From Callorhinchus milii (Eukaryota), in assembly GCF_018977255.1 (NCBI RefSeq), contig NW_024704743.1, positions 43,774,001 through 43,838,000 of the forward strand: DNA of 64,000 nt. Reading direction: 5' to 3'. Both the position numbers and the translations under genes were made by a program. Of the stretch, positions 21,366 to 33,985 are shown one piece after another; positions within the stretch are counted from its first letter, which is position 1; every line of letters begins with the position of its first letter. The notes under the pieces are model-generated. The model made no database searches and was not told where the DNA came from. It saw only the letters and a program-made list of their open reading frames with translations.

Positions 21366-23503
21366 GTGAGATGATCACGTTCAAAAAATGCAAATTCTTC
21401 CTTCTTTAACCTGTTTTTAAAAGAAGCTTTTAACATCATATTCAATTAAAAACATTTGGGGTCTATTTGTGTGTCAAAAATCCTCATGTGTACAAAACTG
21501 CACCATCCTCTATTTATTGTTCAATGGGTTTGATCACGTGTTTGACAGCTTGCATAAAAAGAGAAGAGATTGTTCGGTCAGCAGAACCCACTTTTGCTTT
21601 GGGCTCAATTTTAGAGCAATCATGATGTAACTTAAACCACTGTGGACCTTCATGAGAATGTAATATCCCATTTTGCTTATTTAGCTAATATCCTGTATGT
21701 GAATTATTATGTTGTATCCTTCAGTGGAAGCAGAAAAAATTACTGGCTCTGTGTTCTTCTGTTCTTTTCTCAAATATCTGGTGAAGTAGCTGTAATTTGG
21801 ATTACACCATTAATACAAATCTATGGTGGAATATGCAGACACAACATTGACACACCAAAGTCCTGATTGTAGTACTAATGGCTTTCTCCAAACCACAATG
21901 AAGATCCTATACTGTTGTTATAATATTTCTATATTCTGCATTTCATTTAATGTTCCATTCTACACCACAATCATCCCTAACTTCAAAATTCACATTCGCA
22001 CAGGAAAAATACATGATCAATAGATAGTCTTCTTCTTTGTGCTACATTAAATATTGGAGCAACTGTGCAAATCACTTATCTGACCCTTAGTTTGGCCTTT
22101 AATTATAAATCACATTCACTTTAATATGGGTTTGTTATGGAGACAATGACAAAAAGGCTAGAATTAACCATTGTGGATTTTATAGCATCCCAATAATGTT
22201 TTTACATTATATGTTGAAATAGGAAACAGGAGGCCAATCTGACTTCAACATAAAACACGAGAGGCATTCAGCAAACCCTTGCTGTAAGCTTGGCCAAATC
22301 CTAAATATTCAACAAGACACTGAACTAAACTGCACACTGTACATTAATGTTCTTCACCTTCGGAATAAAATTCCTCAAAGAAAGCAAACCATAAAATGAA
22401 GAGAATACAATCTTTAAGAGGTAACAAGAATTAAAACCAAGGCCTGTTCATCAAGATCGATAGATAATATATTTTTAAATTCCAGTTGTGTAAAACATGA
22501 TCACAATAATGCATCTTTTTGGTGTTATAAGTTTCAACGACACTTTACTTCCAGTTTATATAGAAAATCCTAAGAGGAGTGACTGTATCTTTTGATTTAA
22601 TAATACAACAGCAACCTGCTTTTATACAGTGCTGTTCATGTAGGGTATCAATGGCATTATTTGCACGTAGCATTTGTAACTAAAATATAGTCCAATAAAA
22701 ATAACAATTGGGAATCTTCCCATTAAGTGAAATACATGGTAGTCAAACAATTTAACCAAGTTTATACTATTATTTATGTGATCCTTGTACAGAGGTGCTC
22801 ATTGACCCATCATACCGAGAATAATATTTAAAAATACACTGAAGCATTGAGTTCAATTCTAGTACATGCACTGGAGAAAGGTTGTGCAGCTTGCAGAGAA
22901 AGGCATGCAGTCAACATACTGCTTACATTTTATCACTCAAGCTTGCCGTGCTTTACAATTGTATTATACTAAGTGAAAGAGTGATGGAAAGCAACGTAGT
23001 CAAAGAAACAGTGCCCACTTTCTTCCACAGTTTGTGGATATGTCTTTTGTTAGTCTCTCACGTTGACTCACTCAGCAGCATTACATTCAGTGCTAATGAG
23101 AGGGGACCAAGTGATACAAATCTTCTTAAACCTCCAGTGGCAAGAAAACTATTAAGGAGATGAATAGAGGAATGTTTCTTGAGCTTCGGCTGCTTTCTTT
23201 GCTGAGGCAGTTAGAATCACATTGTGAAGTGTCAAATCGAAATAAGTCACTAACTATAGTTAGGTCTGTACCCTCTGGGTAACTGCTTTATTCACAGTTG
23301 ATGGTTCGACTTTGTAGAAGAAACTACACTGAAACAATACAGAGACTATCAGTGACCCCATTTCAACTGAAGACAAGTGTGCAATGGAAAGGGCAGCTGA
23401 ATAACAGAGCACGACATTGACATTGGAAAGCAACTTGAATTGCATCAAAGCAGTGTTTCCAAGCAAAGTTAATCTGCAAGCTTTCACAGAGCAGTTAAGA
23501 ACT

Positions 23504-23640
23504 ATAATAATAATCCTTGCATTTGATATAGCGCTTTTCATGTCTTCTAGAAACTTGCCCAAGGTTTCGCCCTGTCTGGAATTGAACCCAGGTGTCTCGC
23601 TTGCAAGGCAAGCGCTCTAACCACTGAACTACAGGACTCC
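23504..23640 (-). mobile_element. Internally deleted mini-SINE (tRNA head fused to the last ~45 nt)
   Basis: Reverse complement: ggagtcctgtagttcagtggttagagc...ccttgggcaagtttc|tagaagacatgaaaagcgctatatcaaatgcaagg(att)n. Confidence 0.9.
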
Positions 23641-25596
23641 ACTGTACAGCTGCAGTGTGAAGGAGCCCTCAGGTTTATGTTCACAGGAACTTTGTTTTCC
23701 CCTTCGTCCTCTCTAACATGCGACACAGCTTTATAGAGTGGCAAAATCAAAACAAAAACTTTCTCACTCTGCCTCAATGCTACATAATTTTAAGTGGGCC
23801 AGTCTACGAGTGAACAATAACACTGAGTTTTGTGTGCAATAGTAATAATATAAAAAATACCATCTGTTTCCTCAATGGCAAGTACCGCAATAAAATAACA
23901 GTGAGCAAGCCAACATGATGATGTCATAGCTGCCCATTTGCACAGGTGCCAGTGTGCCTTGTTCAGGTCGGGGTAATTTGACTGACGCCTTCACTGAAAG
24001 AGAGCCTGAGGCATTTATAGACTCTCCTAAATATGAAAAGGTTACTATTATAAAGAAGAAACAGGTAATGAAGTCTTGTATTGCTGGGAAGGCCTGTGAT
24101 AGTGCAGAAGTTAAAAGGGGGGGGTGGGGGGAAGAAATCTGTATAATTAATATCGTTGGTGACATTACCAGGTTGAATTTGCACCCTAGATTCACAAATT
24201 GTAGTTATAAATAGTGGGTCCTAACAGTAATAATAATTGCAGCACACCAACCCACTGGAACTCTGTCCCAGCATTGTCTACGTCCGAAGCAGAGCTTGCA
24301 TGGTTGGTATTTGGGACTCAGGCGTTATTTAGCAATCCAAATAGAGAGCCCAGATGGGCTAATGGTCCAGTCAGCAATACCCAGAGCAGTTTTGGCAATG
24401 TCTGATTAAAATGTGGGAAATCCCAACAGTGCAGACATCATCAAAGGTATTACAATATTCGCCGCCTACAAAATACACAGCCCTTATAGTTTACAATATA
24501 TGCTGTGGAGCACTTCGCAAAATTCTCTCGACCATGTAATTGAGCCATCAATAGCTTTAATAATAAAAATTGGCTCAATTCTTTTCACTTTCTTCCTCAG
24601 CCTACACTTTGGATTTTCTCCACATCTCTGTGCCTTCCTGCCTTTCCCAAATATATACAAGGAGCTCTGGCACCTACCAATTTCTGCTAGGTATTCTGTG
24701 CACAGCATCACCACCTTTAATATTCATTGTTTTAAAAGCCAATTTGCTCCACTCAATGCTTATTTTTACAGAGGTCCTATAGTGTTACATGCAACAACCC
24801 AGACTTGTCAAGTGGCACCCATTAGAAGTGACAATCATCCACTTTGATTTAAAATGCAACTCAACTTCTCCAACGGTCGCCATTGAAGAAGCTGTACTGA
24901 CTGTATTTCGTAGGTCAATGTAGCAGCTAATTTGTGCATAGCACTGCCCCACAAACAGACTGAAAGAGCAACAGAGAATAAAAGTTCCACATTTTTGAGA
25001 TTGTGAGAAAGAATAAACAGCTTAGGAGACAGTTCAACGAGATTTGCTTTCAACAAATTGAAGGTTCAGAGAAGAAGAAAAGAATCTATTTGTAACTTGG
25101 GATAAAAAAAAATGCATCTTGATTACATTATTATGGAAATTGCAAACATACGGTTCTCTCTTGAACTCATTAAAATATCATGTGGCAAAAGTTAATGTAG
25201 CAGCAGATATATCATCTGCTGGCATAGCCTTGTTCCAGTGCCAATGTCATGCAGGCTGAATTAATTTTTCAGCAACTTAACCTTCCTGAAATACATTTAA
25301 TAGTATTAACGCCCCTTTAAAAAGCTCTGTGGTTCTTGGTGTGAGCCTAAGCATAGAAATTTGTACTTGCTGTGAATTTCAACTCGAATAGAACTTCTGT
25401 CTTCACACTTGAAGATGGTGAAATGGAGGCAAGAAAGGAAGAAAAATGGTTACAGTTAACTGGAAAGTACATTGAAACATTTTGAGTTCCGTGTTTCAGT
25501 TTAATTTTTTGGAGAAAAATACTATGATCTATATTGTACCTTAACATAGATCCAGAAAGATTTTGCATCTATAGAAATGAGACATTTCAGCACAAC

Positions 25597-26126
25597 AATA
25601 ATAATAATAATCCTGGTATTTGATTTAGCGCCTTATCACGTCTTCAAGATGTCTCAAAGCGCATCACATAATATACTGCATGTTTTGTGGAGAGAGAGAG
25701 AGACAAACACACACACACACAGAGGCGCACACACACACACACACACACACACAAAGTCACACACAGAAAGAAAGAGTTCACACACACGGACACACACGCA
25801 CAGAATCAGAGAGAGAGAGAGAATCCACTGTAAAGTGTAGTAACTGTGTATTTTGTGGGCGGGCGAAACACAGCAGTGAATTGCGCACAGAGGGGCCACA
25901 AACAGTCATGGATTGAGTGACCACATTATTATTATTATTTTGGAGGGATTATTAACCCTGGAAAATGATCCATCAATCAACTAACAAGTGGGTTCCTGCT
26001 TACTGCTAGGTAAACAGAGGTGTGTGTGGGGAGTAAGGAAACTTGCCTAACTAAGCTAAGGCCTTGCTAAGAATCGAACACAGATCCTTTTGCTTGCGAG
26101 GCGAGCACTCTAACCACTATGCTACA
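25597..26126 (-). mobile_element. SINE2-1_CM-like SINE, long form, with an internal microsatellite insertion
   Basis: Tail at 25597, tgctaggtaaacagagg, head gagcactctaaccactatgctaca. Confidence 0.88.
25690..25822. repeat. Compound (GA)n/(CA)n microsatellite
   Basis: Direct reading. Confidence 0.97.
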
Positions 26127-26295
26127 ACAACAACAACTTGCATCTATATAGTGCCTTTCATGCGGGTAGTAGTTGCATAAATTGGTCCAGGTCATTGGCA
26201 TTAAAAGATCTGGCAAGATCTAATGAACTGGTGGAACAGGTTTGATGGACTGAATGACCTTCTCTTGGTCCTGTTTTCCTACATTCCTAAGTTCC
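26125..26295. mobile_element. L2 tail (-, 26125-26170) followed by a CR1 3' end (+)
   Basis: (caa)n cttgcatctatatagtgcc; ggtggaacaggtttgatggactgaatgacct. Confidence 0.7.
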
Positions 26296-26892
26296 AAGAC
26301 TCACACTATAAGTGAGGCAGCACTATATTGAAGGACACGACAATCTGTTTCCCCTGTTTTTGCACCACCTGTTATGAATACCACTTTTAGACTCCAATGC
26401 AAGAAAATGTGTAACAGTTTCCTTTGGCAGCCTCATAGCAGCCACAGTAAAAAAAAAGTTGAGCCAATCAATCTAAACATCTGAACAAGCAGGGAATAGA
26501 AAACAAATGCCTCGCTCATCCGAATGCACTGATCAAACACCAGAAAAAGATGTGGCTTAAAGATCATCACAGTCTATTTTCACAGACACTGAATAGTCCT
26601 GCATTATTTCAGAAGTATTAGTCAGAAGGGTAAGACTTTTAAAACAGAAGAATATCATCCATCCGAGCTCTATCCATATGCAAAGAAGCATGTCTGGAAG
26701 GATATAACCAAATGGATAAATGCCGAATCCAAACTGGCAGGAGGGGAGGATGTCATGAAGACATGCAAACAGGCTAACCGTCAACCCCTTGGCAAATGAG
26801 AGGTCTTGTCGATCCCGAGCAAGCTTTGGAGATTAGCATTCATTGACTGTTTAAAAAGTGCCATAATCCATAATTTACAAAGGTTTACAAAG

Positions 26893-27089
26893 GATAATCC
26901 CTTCAAAATAAACGAGAATAATAATTTGGCCACTCAATCCATGACTGTTTCTGGTGCTGTGCTCGATTGGCTGCAGTGTTTTGCCTACAAATATAATGTC
27001 AATTCACTTTGCGATGTATTCTGTGAAGCGCTTTGAGACGTCTCAATGACATGATAAGGCGCTATATCAAATGCAAGGATTATTATTAT
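26893..27089 (+). mobile_element. SINE2-1_CM-like SINE, 5'-truncated
   Basis: ataatcccttc...gaagcgctttgagacgtc...ggcgctatatcaaatgcaagg(att)n. Confidence 0.88.
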
Positions 27090-27649
27090 CTTTGCACTGT
27101 ACCAGCACCTTTCCTGAAAAAGTCCAAAGCAAATTGTCAAGCCAACACTGCCTTGCTCAGGGAGACCAACTTTACTGTAGCAAAATCCCCACAGCAGCAA
27201 CATAGACTTTTTTTTTGCCATCGCCAATTTCCTTAACAAAGTGCATTAATACAGATAGTTATCAGGCAGCTATCAAAAAATACAATTTACATTAACCTAG
27301 TACCTTCCATGTTTGGAAGACATCTCAAAATACTCAATAAACAATCTAAATTTACTGAAAAAGCTATCTATGTGAAAGTGTATGTGCCAACTCCCCTGGC
27401 AATACCTACTGTTCACGTACCCTTACTAATCAAGTATAAAACTATAGTTTAGTTAACCTACAGTGATTGTTCTATTAATAGTCTTTCTGTCTGTTTTTTT
27501 TAGGTGAAAGAGGCAATAGTTGGTGGGCAAGGACCATCATCTATAAAACATTTAGAATAGGACCATCTTATTAATGTATCTATAAAATATAGTTTGTTGA
27601 ATATATAATGAAGGAGATTTGGATGTTCGTTTCATAGAGGGCAGATTAT

Positions 27650-27778
27650 AGGAAAACAGGAACAGGCTTCCAAATTAAGAGTGACTATACAAACATTTAA
27701 AAAATGTTGCACAATCTTAAGTTTTAGGACAATTGTCTTTCGAAGACCATAGGTCTTAAACCTAAGACCCTGAGAAAT
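27650..27778. mobile_element. Fragment of the AT-rich palindromic MITE family
   Basis: ttccaaattaaga...aagaccataggtcttaaacctaagacc matches the reverse complement of 54495-54590. Confidence 0.55.
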
Positions 27779-27809
27779 GTCAAGTTTCAGGTGAGGGGGG
27801 AATAGTTCT

Positions 27810-27960
27810 TGCAGTGGTCCCCTCATGGTCGAATGCCCTCTTGACAATCACAGACAAGGCTTACCTGTGAAGAACAGCCACATGGGCAGGTATGAGAGGG
27901 AGACGAGCACCTATTGATCCATGTCTCATTCTGGGTCACGAGTCTCAGGAAAGAAGGAGA
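27810..27960 (+). mobile_element. AmnSINE2-like SINE 3' fragment
   Basis: ggtcgaatgccctcttgacaatcacagacaaggcttacctgtgaagaacagccacatgggcaggta...tcaggaaagaagg resembles the recalled AmnSINE2 3' end. Confidence 0.55.
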
Positions 27961-27977
27961 GAAAAGCAGAAGACATT

Positions 27978-28270
27978 GGAGTCCTGTAGCTCAGTGGTTA
28001 GAGCACTCGCTTTGCAAGTGAGAGACCTGAGTTCAATTCCAGGCAGGGCGAAACCTTGGGCAATAATCCCTCCAGAACCAAAAACAATAATAAATTGGTC
28101 ATTTTCAATCTACGACTGTTTGTGGGACATTGCTGTGCGCAATTGGCTGCTGCATTCGCCCACAAATATACAGTGAATTCACTTTACAGTGTGTTCTGTG
28201 AAGCGCTTTGGGACATCCTCCCGACGTGAAAAGCGCTATATTAAATGCAAGGATTATTATTATTATTATT
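27978..28270 (+). mobile_element. SINE2-1_CM-like SINE, young, with an extra internal deletion
   Basis: Intact A and B boxes, CpGs retained, junction ttgggc|aataatccc. Confidence 0.94.
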
Positions 28271-28640
28271 GTAAAACAAGCACCACCTTTGCTGCTCTGA
28301 ATCCAGCTGTAACATTCAGCAACTGTGATGAAAGTGAACTATTTCCCCTGCACACACGAGAACAAATAGCCCTCTGTAATAACCCATTTCGTAATAATGT
28401 CCACATATATATCTTTTTTATGCCCTTAGGTCATTTTGTCTTTGGCAACATTTGTTTGTTTTTAGCAGCATGTTTATTGACTATATAAAAACAAACCAGA
28501 ATTTGCAAACATGAAAATACTTAAGACCATTCAGTCCAACAGTACAGGTGCATCTAGACCAATGTGGTGTTGGGCTACTTTAGACTTTCTGCAATGCCAG
28601 AAAGTGACCACTTTGTGACTCAATGTCCATCTCTCATGAC

Positions 28641-28672
28641 ACTCTGAGGTTTGTGAGACTCTGAGGTTTGTG
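28641..28672. repeat. Short tandem duplication (actctgaggtttgtg x2, period 17)
   Basis: Direct reading. Confidence 0.9.
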
Positions 28673-29421
28673 GAGCTGTGGAGGTTGACAGACTAGAGGT
28701 AATCACAGTCTCGACAGCCAGTAATGATCTCATAAATGTGCAGACAGCGAAAATATTTTCTCACTTCCCAAACACACGTCTCATCTCAATTGTTCTTTCT
28801 TTTTATTCTTGGAAATACGTAGTACACCAACTACATTTCAATATTGGAAATTCACTGCTAAACATAACCCAAGCCATTATTTTAATGACATTTCATTTGA
28901 ATTTATGAATTGCTCCATAAAATGCAATCACAATCCGCTGTGTTCTCTACATTATATTAAAGATGTAATTTTAATAGAGGTTTTGCCCAAGGCAGAACAC
29001 AGATTTCTCAGCTGCTCACAAGGAACTGTCGTGCTTTGCCAGTGGAGTCTACATTTGATGTGCTAATGCTGATCTGACAATGAGACAAACAATCAATGAA
29101 ACAACAATGCCTTTTAGGTCAGTGAGATGTATCTAGCAGTTGCAATGGGCCACATTTAACATTATTTTGCGCAATGGGATTAAAACACTATTAAGCAATG
29201 ACAAGCGGAATTTACTTGAAGTTAGCACTGCCTCATAATTCTAGTCTTTGTAACATCTTCTATCAGTTCACTTCTGTCTGTTCAGGGACCGGCAGCTGTA
29301 GAGGAGTATTGCAAGCTTTCTTTTTCGTTAAATTCTTTTTGTACTGATTTCTCTCGTTTCTCCTAAAGGCACTGATTAATATAGTCGTACATTTCTGTTG
29401 GCCCAGACACCCACCCATCGT

Positions 29422-29720
29422 GGAGTCCTGTAGCTCAGTGGTTGGAGCACTCACCTCGCAAGCGACAGACCTGGGTTCAATTCCCAGTGGCGCATAATCT
29501 TGACCAAGTTTCCTTACTCCACATACCTGATAATAATCCCTCAAGAAAAAAAACAAAAATAATTTGGTCACTCAATCCACGACTGATGTGCACAATTGGC
29601 TGCCACATTTTGCCCACAAATATACAGTCAATACACTTTACAGTATATTCTGTGAAGCGTTTTGAGATGTCTTGAAGAAGTGAAAAGCACTATATCAAAG
29701 GCAAGGATTATTATTTATTA
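29422..29720 (+). mobile_element. SINE2-1_CM-like SINE, short form
   Basis: ggagtcctgtagctcagtggttggagc through gcaaggattatt. Confidence 0.92.
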
Positions 29721-30059
29721 ACTAACACAATTGCTCATTCTTCATGTATAACCCTGGGGAATCACAGCCAAGCCCACACCTATCCTAACCTGACATCCAC
29801 ACAGGGACAATCAAACAAACACTGCAGCAAATCCCTGAAGATGGGAGAGCGAGTGAAATCAGACAATGTTGCTTTGCATGGGCAATATTTGTTTCCCAGT
29901 AGTTGTACGAAAGGGAGATCTGTGGGGTCGAGAAAAAGATTATCTACCCTTTCTCCCACGAACACAAGAATGACAGAGTACATAGTTTAAAAGCATAAAG
30001 AGAGAACACATTAAATAAGGAAGGAATTGTGGCAAACCTCAGTGTAAGATGTTTGAGGC

Positions 30060-30860
30060 TGTTCTTGTCACGTGAAAATCAAAGTCGACACTTGTAGAAA
30101 AAGCGAATGTCAAAGGAAATTTAACCCAAATGTCCTATTTTGCCCTTTATCATAGTGAAGGGAATTTATAGACGGAAGATGCTCAACCTGATTTATAAAC
30201 CAGGGAAAATGTCAAGAATTGGAATTAGAGATTCTTCTGTTCAATTTTTTTTCTGATGAATCAATAGTAAAAAATGACTTCTATTTTACAGTCTAAAAAT
30301 GAGGTGTTTTGGACCGCAGAACTTATTTTTACACTGAAATGAGGAAAGTGTTGCACAGTATTGACTTTTACAGTTATTTTTAACTGGGTTGTTTGTAATA
30401 CACAGCAAATGTAATTGGCTTTCACATTCTTACAGCTTTTCATTTTCAATAACAGTCACATCTTCAGTCAATGTGAGCATTTTCCAATTCCAGGTGAGGA
30501 TATTCAGAGGTGCATTGATTTTGGTACTCAGCCATTTTATTTGGTAACTCAAGACAAAGCAGGCAATACATGATCCGAGCTTGTGATGTGAGAGTTATTG
30601 TATTGTGCACAATGGAACTATCAAGTGCAATTAAACCCAAGCACAAACATGAAACATATCCATCAATTAGAACACGTTTCTTTAACCAAATTGGTTATTT
30701 AATTCAAGGTCCCTGATAAATCAATAGTATCATCAATTTAAAAATGACAGTCTATATGTTTCAACTCTATCTGAACTGGTAAAATGATCGAGCAATACGT
30801 TGGGTAAAAATAAACGGCAAGCAAAGCATGAGTGTATACGATTTATAAAATTGATAGTCT
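30060..30860. promoter_or_regulatory. Putative enhancer (Pbx-Hox/Meis motif cluster)
   Basis: Repeat-free; TGATTTAT at 30189, ATGAATCA and ATAAATCA modules at 30253 and 30713, TGACAG at 30745; several CpGs retained. Confidence 0.35.
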
Positions 30861-31039
30861 TCGCCATTTAATAGGTCATCTGTAATGTCAAAACATCTCA
30901 AAGTGTCTCGCAGATAATTGTAAACAAAATTTGCTGACACAAGGTTCCACAGCATTTCAAGACCTAAGTGCAACAGAGAAGAATCACTTTACCAACAGTA
31001 TTGCAGATTTTTGATTCTTTGGGAATCTAGGTAGCATAT

Positions 31040-31300
31040 ATCACATTGCACAAGATTGGTTTGGATTCATAAGGCCTTTTGGTCTATTTGATCTCATCTT
31101 TCCAGAATATTCACACTACCATCCTTGCGTAACTGAATCCAGCTATTTTTTAAATGAGTCCAGGGTCCTGTCCTCAACCAGCTTGCCTGGCAACCTATTC
31201 CAGTCGCTAATTACCTTCTGGCTGACGAAAAACAACCTGATGTTTGTCCAGAAATTGCTGTTTGCATCTCTAAAAATATGTCCTTTTGTTCTAAGTTGCA
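31040..31300 (-). mobile_element. CR1 3' end
   Basis: Translation RTKGHIFR..FFVSQKVISDWNRLP. Confidence 0.85.
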
Positions 31301-31334
31301 AAGGACCAATTTCAATATGGATACTAGAATAAAT

Positions 31335-33219
31335 CCAAAACCAAAATCTCCACCACCCACCACCTCCTCCGTGCGACCCCTCAAGCACCCACTATCATCA
31401 CATCTTACGCCAAGTGCGAAGAGATCATGGTCTTCCTCACCTCTAAAATTGACAACATCCACCTGGCAGCTTCATCCTTCTGTCCCCTACCACCATCCTC
31501 ATTCCGTTTCTTTCACCCACCCCGACGCCAGCTCCTACTACAGCCCCCATCCTACATTCATTTGCCCCCATCTTTCCTTCCTCTCTTTCATCCACCATCA
31601 CCACAATAAAACCCACCATCTGTTACTTTGACCATCTCCCACCCAACTGCTGATCACCCAGCTTCCCCTCCTCTACCCACTGCTGGCAGACACTATTAAC
31701 CCGTCCCTCCTCAGGATCAGTCCTACTCCCACTCAAAACCGTGGTCATCAGCCCCCTCCTTAAAAAACCTAACCTCGATCCCTCCAAACTCGGCCACTAC
31801 CGCCCTATCTCAAAGCTGCTCTTCCTTGCCAAAACTCTGGAAGGTAGTGTTGCCAACCAACTTCACCACACCTCTCCCTCCACATCCTCCTCAAACCCCT
31901 CCAGTCCCAGTTTCTGCCCTGCCCGCAGTACAGAGACAGCGCTCATGAAAGTTACAAATGATATCCTCTCTATCTGTGACCAGGGCTCCCTCTGCCTCCT
32001 CATCCTCCTAAGTCTCTCTGCTCCATTCAACACAGTCGATCATGCCATCCTCCTCCACCGCCTGCCCTCCATCATCCACCTCAGTGGGACTGCACTCGAT
32101 TGGTTCAAGTCCTAACTTACAAACTGCAAGCACTACATTTCTGCAAATGGCTTTTCTTCTTGCTTCTACCAGGTCACCTGTGGGGTACCCCAAGGATCAA
32201 TCCTTGGCCCCCTTCTCTTCCTCATTTATATGCTCCCTCTCGGTGATATCATCCACAGACACTGGGTTAACTTCCACATGTATGCAGATGACACTCAACT
32301 CTACTTTTCCACCTCCAGCTGCGACCTCCAGTCACCTGATGTTCTGTCAGCTTGTCTGTCGGACATCAAGACCTGGATGAGAGCAAATTTCCTGCAGTTA
32401 AACATCAACAAGATGGAAGCCATACTCTTTGGCTCTCGCCGACGTCTTCCTTCCCACGGTTCCAACCTCCTCAACCTGTCCTTAAAACTCTCTGAACCCA
32501 TGCGCAACTTAGGTGTCAGGTTCGATCCCCAATTATCCTTCTTCCCCCACATCCAGTCCCTGACCAGCACTGCTTTATTCCACCTCTGCCACATTGCCCG
32601 TCTCTGACAATACCTCACCCCAAAAGCTGTCAAAACCCTTGTCCATGCCTCTGTCAGCTCTCGGCTGGAGACTACTCTAATGCCTTCCTCGCCGGTCTCC
32701 CCTCCTCCATTATTCACAAAATGCAGTTCATTCAAAACTCTGCTGCCCGCATTCTCACCTGCACCAAACTTCGCACCCCGATTACTCCGGTCCTTGCCAA
32801 ACTTAACTGGCTTCCTGTCACAGAGCGTATCAACTTCAAGATCCTCACTCTAGTGTTTAAATCCCTCCATTCCTCACCCCCCTATCTCTCTAACCTCCTC
32901 TCTCCCCACAGCAGTACCCACTACCTCCGCTTTGCTGGGTCCGGCTTCCTCTATACCCCCAAATCCTCCGCTCCACCATCACGGCTGTGCCTTCAGTACG
33001 CCCCAAACTTTCAAACTTCCTCCTTCAACCTCTTCACCTCGCCCCCTCCTTTCCCATCTTCAGGTCGCGCCTGAAAAGCTTCCTCTTTGACCGCGCCTAC
33101 GATCACCTTCCCCCTCCCCCTGGTTCAGCCTCAAGCTTTGTTATTGTGAAGCGCTCTGAGATGCCGCCCGGCGTGGAGGGTGCTATATAAATGCAAGTTG
33201 TTGATGGTATTGTTGTTGC
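31335..33219 (+). mobile_element. L2 LINE, 5'-truncated, frameshifted ORF2 with RT domain
   Basis: [56 protein letters not shown]; 3' stem-loop and gtt tail. Confidence 0.96.
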
Positions 33220-33439
33220 ATTAAGTATCCTTCCTGAAGTGAAGTATCCTAAACTGAATGAGGTATTCCAATTGCAGTCTAACCAATGATATATTGCAGT
33301 CGGAACCTCATTTCACCAGGAAGTACTGTAGTGACACATAGCCTACTCGAACCAATAATAACATGTATATGTATGCTTTATTTATGGATCTTAACTTCTA
33401 CCCTGAAACTGGTCAACAACAATTTGATTTATAAAGTTT

Positions 33440-33985
33440 TCTTCACACAGGATAGCGTCTTGGAGGCCTTAACAATGGAGGAGCCTGACACCAAGGCGGG
33501 GTTAGGAAGGTGGGGACCATAAGCACGGTCAAAGAGGTAGGTCTTCAGCCATGATTTGAAAAAGGGGATAGAGGAGTCAAGAGAGACAGATTGAGGAAGG
33601 GAGTTCCAAAGGTTTCGGGCGTTGTGGCTGAAAGCACAGCCACTGAAAGTGGAGTATAGGGGATGAGGAGGCCAGTGCCAGCCGAGCAGATGTGAAAGGT
33701 GGTGGAGTGGGGAATAAGCAGGTCTGAGAGGTGCCAGGGTGTGAAGGGATTTGTAGACAAGTGTGAGGATCTTGAAGCGAATCTCTTCTGTATGGGGAGT
33801 CAGTGGAGCCTGGTGAGGATTGGTGTGATGGGGGTACGGAGTTTACAGTAGGTGAGTATACAGGAAGCAGACTTTTGAATTAATTGACTTTTGTGGATAG
33901 TGGAGCTGGGGAGACCGATGAGGAGGGCATTGGAATAATTGAGGCAGGAGGTGATCAAAGAATGGAGGAGGTTTTTAGCTGCTCA
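33440..33985 (-). mobile_element. L2 3' fragment
   Basis: Degenerate ORF2 C-terminus (FKILTLVYK) and UTR, convergent with the previous copy. Confidence 0.85.

Noticed and set aside
25357..25485. Plus-strand protein-like frame (KFVLAVNF..KYIETF*)
   Set aside because: Weak acceptor and no recognisable homology; compatible with chance.
27978..28050. Functional tRNA-Ala gene (also 9012, 13246, 29422, 58587, 63277-63348)
   Set aside because: The A/B boxes and anticodon arm are SINE heads: each continues into SINE body and tail and has no Pol III terminator.
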